Origin: Lingula anatina
Lineage: Eukaryota > Animalia > Brachiopoda
Direction of reading: 5' to 3'
Length of the DNA: 64,000 nucleotides
Assembly (NCBI GenBank): GCA_051362555.1
Contig: CM120646.1
Coordinates: 19,220,001-19,284,000 of the forward strand
In this document: one piece after another, positions 1-11,644 of the stretch
How positions within the stretch are numbered: position 1 is the stretch's first letter
How the letters are laid out: every line of letters begins with the position of its first letter
Program-made: the position numbers and the translations under genes
The notes under the pieces: model-generated
The model's input: the letters and a program-made list of their open reading frames with translations, nothing else
What the model was told of the DNA's origin: nothing
Databases searched by the model: none

Positions 1-77
1 CTTATTTTACAGACCAGGACTTACTTTATCTAAGCAGAATTTTCTTTACCTCAGTAGACCAAATTTTTGGTCCGTGA

Positions 78-261
78 GGCTGTATTCAGAACAGCAGACT
101 ACCTAGTCCAAGGATCAAATATGGTGACTGACTTAAAAGCTTGCCGTCTAATCCCAATTAGGCATTAAATAGATTCCTCGTGAGGATTATGCAACAACCA
201 TTCAAGTGGGTGGTCCATATTTGATCCGTAGAATAGTTAGTCTGCTGTTGTGAATGCAGCC
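78..261. mobile_element. Hairpin MITE, PIF/Harbinger (Tourist)-like; family A
   Basis: Ends GGCTGTATTCAGAACAGCAGACTA / TAGTCTGCTGTTGTGAATGCAGCC are inverted; inner GGATCAAATATGG / CCATATTTGATCC also inverted; flanks TGA/TTA; related copy at 44417-44613. Confidence 0.75.
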
Positions 262-289
262 TTAAGGTTAAACTTTGTTAGTGATACTT

Positions 290-468
290 CAGGGGCGGAT
301 TTAGGCCGTCTTCTGGGTCTTCCGGAAGACGGTCAGAATTTCAAGTCTTTTCAAGATTTTATATAGGCGGGTATCTAACTTTTTCTGTCGGAAGACGGTC
401 AAAAATGAGGATGGATCAACAAAGATAATTTGGAAGACTGTCAGAAAATATCTCTGGATCCGCCCCTG
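290..468. mobile_element. Non-autonomous hAT-like MITE with 5-bp TSD; family B
   Basis: TIR CAGGGGCGGAT...ATCCGCCCCTG; perfect direct repeat TACTT at 285-289 and 469-473; reverse copies at 16339 and 24402. Confidence 0.85.
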
Positions 469-1290
469 TACTTGACCCAGCTGTCTCCATCTCCTGTGGC
501 ATGGTCAGTTCTAATTCCATATTTGTGTTCAGAGTCCAACACTAACAAAACAGGTGATTGTGACAGAGTCATCACACAACACAATAGAATAAAAGCACAC
601 TATTTTCCTGCAATGGCTACATTATTCATAAAAGCAACCATTACCTGCCTGTCACAAATCGTATATCTATCAGATATATCTGCAACATCAAACAGGGGAG
701 ACCACTTAAATAAACTGTAAAGTAACAGACAGTCTTTCATCAGTTGATCTGATATCTCTGAAAGCCATGATAACCAACCACAACCATACTGTAAATATTT
801 ATATGCATTTCAAAGTTGACTTAGATGTACACCAAGCACAATCATCTGCCTCCTGTCTCACCTAACACATTTCACTTCATCAAATGGAAATCTCACATTC
901 ACGCACATTTAAATCTCAAAATTGTTTTGGTCTACCTCAATGATTGCTCAATGGTTAATTATCCATGCATTCCACTTGCAGACTCTAATGACTGCTACCA
1001 TTTCATGATATGACACTGCTTTCTATTTAACCTATCTTACATCAAAATGTAATAAGGTTTCAAGACAGATTCTCTCAACAAGAAATGTCTAACCCAACTT
1101 CTACCTGGTTGTTGGTAAAGTTCTGCTAACAATTAAGGCTACTTTTTTTTATTCCATTTCAATTTGAAAGCATCAAAAAACCTCAGTCTGAAATGTACGA
1201 AATGAATCCACACAACAACCCTACATGTAGTCCACCATGATTTTCAGAAAACAATGAAAACTGACCTCATCATTTCCCAGCATGTTGTTA

Positions 1291-1501
1291 AACCCCCTCT
1301 ACACTGGATGGTGTCCTTTCTGCAGCCATAAAACTGGCAGCGCTGTTGTCATAGAAAGGAGGCACAAGTATCGCTTTGGTTGCAAAATGAATGCTCAATG
1401 ATAGGCCAGTTGTCGGCACGTTATGTATTATTTATTTTTTACTCTCAAACAGGGTTGTACTACAGTACGCAGAAAGGATGCCGTCCAGTGTAAAGGGGAT
1501 T
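1291..1501. mobile_element. MITE with ~30-bp imperfect TIRs
   Basis: CCCCTCTACACTGGATGGTGTCCTTTCTGC is inverted against GCAGAAAGGATGCCGTCCAGTGTAAAGGGG. Confidence 0.65.
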
Positions 1502-4209
1502 TTGGAGAGATGTGTTACCAGCGTCCTCTGGTGCCTCTCAAGTCACTGGCTGTGATACATGTACAGGTTTCCTATAATATCATTAGAAACAAAAAGACTG
1601 TTTTGAGGTCACCTTGACAGACAGTTCACATAACAGGAGAAGCTAGTCAAGTTCAAATTGCATGACTTCCTTAGATCAAATATAGTAAACAGCACTGGAG
1701 ATTTGACATCACTATGGCCCTATAGATTACACAAGAGCCTCTTTGCGTGATAAATATAATAAACATAATTTATGGCTGTGTCTCTTTTTTTTTTCTTTTT
1801 GTCCCAGTTGTCTATTCCGGGCTAATTTAGTCTTGCATTGTAAGCAAACTCCACACCTCTGTACCCTGAGTGTCAGAGCAATGTAAAAGCTAGCTTGCTA
1901 AATATACCTTGTGGTGGAGTCGCTTTTACTAACTCTGAAGACCAGCGGCCATGAAAGTTTTCCATCAATCAAATAGAACTGCTCCGCAGTGAAAATGCAG
2001 TTGAATGTCATCAGACCAAAATAAAACGTAAAACAAATTTAATTCTGCTTTATTTAATTTTATTTGCTGTATTTAAGATGTAAAGTGAAAAATAAATAAT
2101 ATTCTTCGGAAAGAAAAGATATATCCAATGTTTTTGTATTTTTTGCTTATCAAAGAACATTTAGTCCTGAGATATACACGTTGTGCACAATACATGTGCC
2201 TGCCGTGTCCCAAATTTGACAGCTACACTGTATGCCCGATACCACTATAAGGGCTGCGCAATAGCTACACGAAAATAAGTTTTTACAGCAGAATGTTGCT
2301 TGTATTGTGGCACTGACCTTCGACTGCAAGATATTTTCATTTCAAACTTCTAACTCCGCGTCAGGCACTTTAATTGCTTCTTGTCTCGCCTGCACGAGAC
2401 TTCAGCGCAAGGCGGGAAAGGCAGCTCCAGGCGGCCAAACCTGTGACGTACGAGACTTATGACTTCCAAATATGGATCCAGGCGGACACAGCTGTGACGT
2501 GTGACTTCCAAATATGGAAGCGCCCCAGGCAGAATTTTGAAGAAGAACGCCCCCCGAGTTGCCACTGTTCGCTAGAGCCTGGTGTTGCTACTATGGGTTA
2601 TATATGAAATCAAGATCGAGCTGGCAATACTGGAATCTAGAACCTAGGGTACACCTCTGTTGCCAATAGACCCAAAAATGTATATGGGGTAGGTTAAAAA
2701 ATTTATTGTTTCATGCATGGATCTCGGCTTTGACAGAGGTAATTACCAGCCAGTTCCATAAACTATTTTTGCAGGAAGAGCCTTCACCCATGGCCTATAC
2801 AGTAATGCTGAGATTTCAAATTATGAAAGCAAAACCTGTTAACAATAAACCAAATTACAATTCTACAGATAAAAAATATACAATTTATATATACATATAA
2901 TACATTTGCCCAAACAGTGAATCTGAACACACACATGCTCACACAAGTAATTAAGTTATTGTAAAACTACACATACCTTACACTGACCCAATTTTGCTAA
3001 TAAAAATCTTTCAAAAGAAGCAATTTTGTTACATGTTAATCTACAAACCAACCAATTTAGCTCCAAAGCCAGAGAGAGGAGAAAGGCACTAGCCATATAA
3101 GTAAGCATGAATGAATTTCTGTGACATATAACATAAACCCCCGAAATTAGGTCAAAACTAGTGAATCATGATAACATTACAGACCTCAGTGTGTCATAAT
3201 CATCCCTGCTTCAGTGAGCTGCCCCATCCACTCAAATATTCACAAATTACTTAACCCAGCAACAATGATCTAGCTAAATATTACAAGATTTAAGCTCTAC
3301 AAACCTGGATGAGATACCATACGATGATGTGATTCTTTTTCCTTAAAAAATTTCCAACAGCTCTCCCCTAAAATAGCGTGCAATGTCCATTTATCACCTT
3401 GCCCTTCAGGTATTGGATAATTCCACTCTACTTGTGGTGTTGCTAAGCAACTGATGACATCAGAAGCATGCCTGTGAACTTCTCAAGGTTAAGCAAAGCA
3501 TAGTGTTTGTTTATCGACCACTTTTTTTATATCTGAGCCCTGACCTATTTTTTTTGTCCAAAGTCTGGCTTTTTGCATAATATCCATCAAGACAGACACT
3601 GGCGGTTACAGACACAAGATACATTATATATAAAAACACATTACCTTTAAAAAGGTCAAAAGATTACAGACGTACATGTAGACAGATACTTTACACATAC
3701 AAACAACTGCACACAAGACAATCCATGTATGAAAGATATAGTTTATAATAAAACCATAAAGTCATTAAAATATATTGCATCAGTGACTACATGAGAACTA
3801 TTATATTTATTGTTGTGAGCTTAATGATAATTCTGATTTTCATATAACATTTATTCAATAAATAACCACCCTCTCTCTCCATGCATGTCTACATAAAAGC
3901 TCACGTGTATATGCATGTCTGCATCTATTTAATGTTACTGTTCCTAGAACAACCAAAATGCCAGCAAGTTAATCAGTATCCTATCCATTAATATACTGTT
4001 TTTTGAAGTCATAATCTTCACACCACCCATGTGACAACAGTCCTAACAGGTGTTCTAAAAGCATGCTATACTGACACAAGAATAGATAAAGTTATATAAC
4101 ATCAGAGAAAAAGACAAATTTGCTACTGGGCTTACTTATGTAACACAGTAATGATCTAATGTTGTGATACAGTTATGGTACAACTGATTTTCAACCATAT
4201 TGACACAAT

Positions 4210-4450
4210 GCCAGAATAAGGAAAAACTTAAGCCCCGACAGCAATGAGACACAAAACTCAGCCATATGATATATACTTATAGTCACTGGCCACAAAGTCA
4301 ATATTGAAGATTTCGCAATTCTGGACCAAGAAAAGCAATGGCATAGAAAAGGAATTAAAGAGGCCATCTGAGTAAGGGTAGAGAACCATCACGTCACAAG
4401 GAAGGACTGAGATTTGATCTATCTATCCCTTAACTGCACTGGGATCAAGA
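4210..4450 (+). mobile_element. Decayed Penelope-like retroelement, C-terminal part of the GIY-YIG endonuclease domain
   Basis: Manual translation from 4210: ARIRKNLSPDSNETQNSAI*YILIVTGHKVNIEDFAILDQEKQWHRKGIKEAI*VRVE, then a frameshift to PSRHKEGLRFDLS. Fits the PLE C-terminal pattern SAxxxHxxxxGH...IL.xE..W..R.xKEAI.xRxExPSLN..G.RxxLS; two in-frame stops. Confidence 0.85.
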
Positions 4451-4865
4451 CCCTGGTATGCCGCTTGAGCAGATACCCAGTCATCTGGTCTGTCACATGA
4501 CCATGCAGTCTATCGGGTCACAGTTTTGGTCCGCAAGGGTCCAAGCAAAAAACTTGAATATATATGCTATTCTAAGTCTAGAAAAAAAATCTCTGCCAGA
4601 GGTACAACAATCAACTTGCTATCTACTTTTTAACTGGTTACTGTAACAAATCCATTAAGATACACTATATATATACAATTAGTTCTCTTCCTAAACACAC
4701 TTGCCAGCAGCTATCATTCTCACCTGACCTTTATCTAACCAAACAAGAAAGATCATAAATATAAATCTACAGATATATTTCTGTACGTTAACATCCTGGG
4801 GTGTGAGAGGAGAGAACTTTTCTCTAATAATTATGTGGCTGTCAGTTTTCATCCAGGGCAGCCTT

Positions 4866-4866
<1 letters not shown>

Positions 4867-4903
<37 letters not shown>
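4867..4903 (+). repeat. Poly(A) tract (~37 nt)
   Basis: Uninterrupted A run. Confidence 0.95.
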
Positions 4904-4905
<2 letters not shown>

Positions 4906-5776
4906 AGTCACTTCATTTTATTTTCCATGCTTTTTTTCTGAACAGTAATTATGACTCTCCTATTACAAAGGAACTGCTGTTGTTGAGAAAACAGAGTGCA
5001 GCAATCAATTTTAACTGTCTGCAAAGAATATTGTAATAAAGCAATGGTAAGTTTACCAGTGATACATTTCTATGGTGTAATACAGGGGTCACAGCTGAAA
5101 GTGGCCACAAAAATGCTGAGCGCAGACCATGAATTTGGACAGAGCAAATAAAAATGCAAAATAAATTAGCTAAGCTAGCCATGAAGGTCTAAAGCTAACC
5201 ATGCATGCAGTGGTCAACTGGCTTGTCCAATGCATTCATTAAGTTGACAGATTGAACAGATTTGAGAAAATTTATGTACTTAATGTATCAAGAACTGATT
5301 AATATTTCACTGGATCTTTATGACCGTTTAACAAATGTGTAAATTTTGTAATTTTGGCTTTTTCATGCATTAATCATATATCCTTGCTGTTAAATCGAGC
5401 CAAGGCAATATCTAGAGTTACAAATTGAGTTTAATGCCCCAATTATGACAATCAATGCTCTTGCATGCACATCTACAAAAATTATAGCCCTTATATATCT
5501 TGTTATACAAAAATATCAACATCCAACTTGTTTCACAAAGTAACATCTTATACTTAAGGTGTAATAAATTATGTTTTATGCCCCATTTATGACAGCCATT
5601 GCTCTTGCACACCTACAGAAATTATAGCCATATATGATACCTTGTTACCAGTCTCGGCCTTATACACTGTATCCAGCCCAATGTTCTCTTGTCAGCTGAA
5701 TATGTAATACCACATGTTCCAGCACAGACTGAAGCAATTACAGCAAATTACTTGGCATTGAGTGCATATGCACTAA

Positions 5777-5991
5777 CACCCCATTTCCATAGATTAGATC
5801 GACCTACTTTAGATCGACCTAACTCCCTGGGGGTTCACGCTAAATAGCTGTCAGCCGGGCGGACACGAAAGTTAATTACCCTCTTACAGCTTGTAGTAGG
5901 CGGGACGGACATTTAAGTCGGATTATCTGAAAGTAATCTAGTGAGACTCCCCGCGGGGATAGATCGATCTAAAATCTATGGGAATAGAGCC
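5777..5991. mobile_element. 215-bp Tourist-like MITE; family C
   Basis: Flanked by TAA/TAA; imperfect TIRs with AGATCGA motifs; near-identical 215-bp copy at 21296-21510. Confidence 0.85.
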
Positions 5992-6439
5992 TAAGCTATA
6001 TCCTATGTCATCTGTCCTATCTGTTTGCTTTTAAGTTATTCCAGTCTAAACTGAAATAAATACCAGCTTTGTTAGGCCATACAGGAGTCCAATGAGGGCG
6101 TAAGAAACCAGAGATTCTTTAGAGCCTTTCACACTGGCAATTTTGACAGGGGTTAAAGCCTGATCTCGGTTTTATCATGGCTAACTTTTCTTATGTGAAT
6201 GGACTATGCATGCCTGACCATGGTCCAAATAAACCTAGATCAGGACTTCGGTGGTATCACAGCCTTTTCTAAATCCTTCTCTAAATCGTAGTCTGGACTG
6301 TATGTAAACCTTTGAAACACATGCTCAAAAGTAGGCAATTAACATTATTTTACATGTTAATCACAGTATTGTAACATGTATCATGTTTTTCTTATGGTAA
6401 TATTTCTTTTTATGAGTAAATTAAATATTTCCAGTATAG

Positions 6440-6710
6440 ATAACCTTTGACCTCAGTCACCGATGATTTTTTATCCTGAACCACGGACGACCTCTGACCA
6501 GGCAAGACTGAGATGTGGATGACCTTTGACCTCAAAATATTTGAAGACAAACTTTCTCTTACCTGCACCACTGACGACCTTTGACCAGGAAAGAATTCAT
6601 CATGTTGGCGACCTCTGACCCCACTACATCTCAAGACAAACTTGAGATATTGCAATTGCCTAGTATGAACAACCTTTGACCTCAAGGTGCCTTCAACCAT
6701 ATTTGACCTG
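6440..6710. repeat. Degenerate tandem repeat built on ACCT(T/C)TGACC
   Basis: About six copies of ACCTYTGACC; explains the repeated PGQRSSVVQ in ORF 6410-6700. Confidence 0.7.
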
Positions 6711-8639
6711 TCAGTACATAATACTCTTCATTTCAATGACCAATAACATCCTCAGCAACAAAATGACCTTTATCGTCTTACATAATATACATTTGACATC
6801 CATCTTCACAACACTGACTACATAAGTTATGTCTGAGAACCATGTGCATTATCCATTAGTGTTTTTTCACCTGTAAAAGTGAAAAATGTTTTAATCCATT
6901 TCACACACTTGGAGCATCTTGGAAACTGAACATGAGACAAAGAAAATAAGGTTGTAAAAAAAGTCAACTTAATGGCTCTTAATATTTGATACCGGAGTCT
7001 GGCTCTAGATATACAAGTAATATCAAAAAACCATTAAAAACTATGGATGGTACTGTCAACAGTGCTAGTTTTTGAATTATAGAGCAGTCTTTAACAAGGG
7101 TCATTTAGCATGGTCAGTGGGTGAGTTAGTGACCTCATTTTGCTTATCATTATATTTTTATTATATTTTTAATCCAAGTATGTTTTTCAAGTTTCAATTC
7201 TGAAAAAAAAGACAAATATTAATTTCAGTGAAAAATTTTTTTCAATATGAAAGAGAGGACAGTTGGAAACCATGACAACCTGATTGCATGACACTTGTCA
7301 AATAACATGGAAAATCTGGAAGGAAAAAAAAAGCACTGAAGGTAGAGTTCTGTCACAGACTTCTTAGCATGACCACTTCAGTTGCTGTCCCTGATCCTTG
7401 ACCTCCAAAATTCTTACTGCCAAAAAGTAGTATAAAAAACCCAGACAGATATCTTTACCATCATGGAATCAAGGTCAGACAAAGATTGCATGATCATGCA
7501 TTTTCTAGCTTCTCAGTTTTTTTCCCCTCCTTTTTTATCATCTCTCTCTATCTTTTCCCTGCTCTCTCTCCCTCTGCTTTTACTGACCATCCCAATAGGG
7601 ATTATCCAAGTCAAGCTGACCCTGTAGTCCTGCCAGTGGTCAAAGGGATGACATTAGCGTGACTGTCACATAATGAGATAGGATGTCTATTCAGACACAC
7701 TTGACCATTGACAATATGACTTAGGCCACTGATATGAGACTGGTAAACAAGAGCCAAGCACCAACCTAATTCTAAGCACATTTACACAGAAATGAGACCT
7801 GCAGGGTGTTGGTTGCATAATTAATGTACTCTGTCACTCAATGTATTTCTGTCTCTGTTCTCCTCATCATGCATGTGCCATTAACCCTCAGACACTGTAC
7901 CATTAACCCTCAGACATCCACACATATGGAGAGTACATTAGCCTCATTTTTCTAATTATAGCACAGCTTCTCCTGATTATTCAAAAATCTTCAAAGCAAT
8001 TTACCAATGTCTACCTTGCAGCCATGCAAAGACACCATGGCCTGTCATATTCCAGGATACATATCTATATCTATCTACCATATATAGGGTATATACCAGG
8101 GTATATCAGCATAAGAAATGCAACTGCAAAGGTTAACACTGCAATGCATCTTATGTCTCCCTATAATGTCAGTCTGGCCTCACGTACTTACCTATCCCAA
8201 AGGTACTATGCGTGTGCAAGTATAGCCTGTGTTTGCTACTCAACAGAGGAAGTGTTGTTCACAGAGGCCATAGACAACAGCTGAGAGGCCCTGACCCCCA
8301 TGACATAATATCCACTGTACAGCAGGCAGATATTGATTATCACCATGGCAACACCTGCTAATCAAACAAAGGGCTTGCCTGACCTTGCTCTGTATTCCAC
8401 ATGCTGCTGATTCCTACACACATGTATACTTGTGTGGTTGTCACATGAAACATTTCAGGGGGGGGACAGGAAAATGTGATTTTGAAAACTAAAACTGATG
8501 ACCAACATGTACATGATGCAGCCCATGTCGGTTTTTAAACATAACAAAACAAATATAGTTCTCTTAATCAAAATCCCCTTGTTGTGCCCCTTTTTTAAAT
8601 CTCTAGACAAGAATATTTTTGCTTACTATTGGTGTCTTA

Positions 8640-8887
8640 GACTGGGTTCCCATACTTAGATCAATCCATCTGGATCGACCTAACTCCCTAAGGGTTCATG
8701 CTTAATTGCTATCAGCTGTAGAGGCTTAAATGTCTGTCACGCCAACCGAATCAGCTAGGGGTAAAGATAATTACCCCCTAACAGTTTTACTAGGCATGAC
8801 AGATGTTTAAGCCGGTAAGTTTGATAGCAATTTAGTGAGACTCCCCAGGGAAATAGACCGATCCAAATATCTGTGAGAATGGTCCCC
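8640..8887. mobile_element. MITE, family C-related subfamily
   Basis: Shares GATCGACCTAACTCCCT and AATTTAGTGAGACTCCCC with 5777-5991; reverse copies at 18727 and 22449. Confidence 0.75.
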
Positions 8888-9575
8888 TAGTGAGCTGTTG
8901 GAGATTAACATCATATCAATACATTCTTCACAAAGAATAAGCTGATGGACATTCTCTATTATGGCAATGTACATGGAGTTTACCAAAGGAATGTTATATT
9001 CTGTCCATTTCATTCAAATCTATCATTTACAAAAATAAGTTCTTTTTGAGACTTCAATGAAAAACTAAAAATTTAATTCTCTAGCAAAACCTAAGCCAGA
9101 AAGTCAAATTACCATGATGACTCATTTCAATTACTGTTTTTTTTTTCTTATCTCACCATTTCAGTATATGTTGCTTCTGGAATACTCTGTATATCAATTA
9201 ATCTATATAATCCACATTTGACATGTCATGGTGTCTTGATTTAAGCCATGAATTGCATACATGCACCAGTGTTCAGCATATAGGCGTTTTCTCTTGGCTC
9301 ACCTTTTTATCCTTATTATCAGATAACACAGACAGTGGGTGGAAATATATTTGCTGCATAATTAAAGGAATCTCATGAACCTGAGGTTTATGCTTTACAT
9401 TAAATTTTCAAGGTATCATTCCAGTGACTGACATATATATATATATATATATACAGGTAGCATGAAAGTGGGTCTTGTACCTTAAATCAAGGACAGAAAA
9501 TTAAAGTGTGCCTAGCTCTCTGTTAAACTGAAAATAAATAAATAAATATGAATAATACCCCTCCCCCCAAAATAG

Positions 9576-9576
9576 A

Positions 9577-9619
<43 letters not shown>

Positions 9620-9620
9620 A
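9576..9620. repeat. (AAAT)n microsatellite
   Basis: Seen directly. Confidence 0.95.
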
Positions 9621-10373
9621 GTAAAACATTAAGAGTATCTAAATCCTATTTCCCTACCAAAATAACCCATTTGACCTACCTTTACCTGAAATTTAATACC
9701 ACTTATAATTATAAATTATGTAGTTCTAAATGACATGGCAATCATTTAGAATGACATAACAAATTACACAGTGTTTTCTGTCTTGGTCTTGTGTAATGTA
9801 TAATATTAACGATGTCATTTTTCATATGAAGATGTGTGATACCATGCTTTGAACCGTCTGTGCAAAGATCTAAGGCCCAGAAAGAAATAATGACAGTATA
9901 GGTACGATTCAGATAAACTTTTGTTCATAGGGTTTTTTTATGTCTTGAAGGTCTGAAATGTGAAAGATAAATAAATGAGCTTTGCTAAGTAAGCATAAAA
10001 CTTTGGGACATTTTCAAATGCAGGGATTGAGGACAACTTAATTAAAACTTGTCCTCTACTTTGTAAAAAATTCTCCTTCAACTAACTTCCCATCTCTTTC
10101 TTTAAAATCAACAGAAACATTTCAACATATTCCCAACTAATTGCTGTATCTTAAATTACCTTTAATGGCTTTTATGGTGGTAACTGCTACACTTGCCCCC
10201 TGATTATAAGATGTCCTACGATGTGCTGATAGACATATAAGTGCACTATTCAATCTGAAAAGAAATGAAAATTCAAATGGGCTTATAAAAAACTGCTACA
10301 TTAAAAACATATTAAAATAAATTCTTTTGCTTTGTATACATCCCCCCTCCTTTAAATAATCCTGGATCCGCCC

Positions 10374-10376
<3 letters not shown>

Positions 10377-10449
<73 letters not shown>
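10377..10449. repeat. (TA)n microsatellite directly after an orphan hAT-like terminus (CCTGGATCCGCCCCTG, 10361-10376)
   Basis: Seen directly; terminus matches the family B TIR. Confidence 0.9.
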
Positions 10450-10451
<2 letters not shown>

Positions 10452-11395
10452 GCCCAAGCATAGAATGAGTGACCTGAATTTCCATAGTCAATCGGAACTC
10501 ACAACAACATAATCCTCATGACTCTGCTTAACTCAGGGTGCATGTGTGAATTAAGCCGATAGCTCAGCTTACTACAGATTATTTCACCTCCTTGTGCCAT
10601 GTTGACTGATCTAGGTATTACCGAGAGTAATTGATAGACATGTGAGCCAGACAAGATAATAAGACAACACAATGTCATCAAATAGGTGATGATACACTAA
10701 TGACAGAGTGTATATTCGTTTCTTTTTTACCATTGTTTCTGATCCACATGTAAAACAGCCATAAATCTTTTGAGACACAATAGAAATAGGATATAATGAT
10801 TAGTTTATTTCATAATCTACACTCTGAATTATCTGCTTATAGATATTGTATTTGTTTCTTCTTTTGTATATCAATTTTTTAGTCACCTGTCTTTTTTTTT
10901 AATCTATATATTCAAACAAGAAATCACTTAACTATTTAATTTATTAGTCTAGTTTATGATTCATGCCTCTATCTGTCCAATTCTCTTACCATTTGGCCAT
11001 CCCTAATTACTGCCACAGCACACAGGAGCCTGTACGCGCATAACTCAGAAGGCCCCAAACATACGAACAGCATGCACCGTGTCAATTTCATAATGAACTG
11101 GGTCCCACTGACGCAACAGTGATACGGGCCACACCGCATTCGCCTTTTTCTGTGGTATTTTGAGCTAAAGTAAGTACACACAAAATCAATATGGCCTAAT
11201 CCGTTCTGTAATCTACTGGCTCCCAATAATGCTAGATTTAAACGGACCATGTCATATTATTTTTTTAATCAGGAATTTTGAGCTCAAAATGATCAAGCAT
11301 CTCATAAAACAAAACTGACATGGCTCATGTCACTTTTGCAGTTCACTATGCCCACAAGACATGTCAATCTTGTGTCTATTAATGAGCTAGACTGA

Positions 11396-11644
11396 GGCTG
11401 TGTTCATATGAAAAATCTATTTTCTAAAAATCTATATGCGGTATCTTGTGATCACGGTCTGTGCCCTGAATACCCCGTGGCGTAATTACTGGCAGCGCCG
11501 ATAATTAATTACACCTTTGGAAGTAACTGGCTCACGCTGCCCATAATTACGCAGTGGGGTATTCAGGGCACAGACCGTGATTACAAGATACCGCAAATAG
11601 ATTTTAAGATTTTTAGAAAATAGATTTTTCATGTGAACGGTCCC
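11396..11644. mobile_element. Long-arm hairpin MITE (Tourist-like)
   Basis: ~100-bp inverted arms, e.g. GCGGTATCTTGTGATCACGGTCTGTGCCCTGAATACCCC vs GGGGTATTCAGGGCACAGACCGTGATTACAAGATACCGC; flanks TGA/TAA. Confidence 0.85.

Noticed and set aside
6255-6280. TATCACAGCC, matching the 5' end of miR-2 family microRNAs
   Set aside because: Rest of the mature sequence does not match, no pre-miRNA hairpin is evident and it lies in a probable repeat fragment
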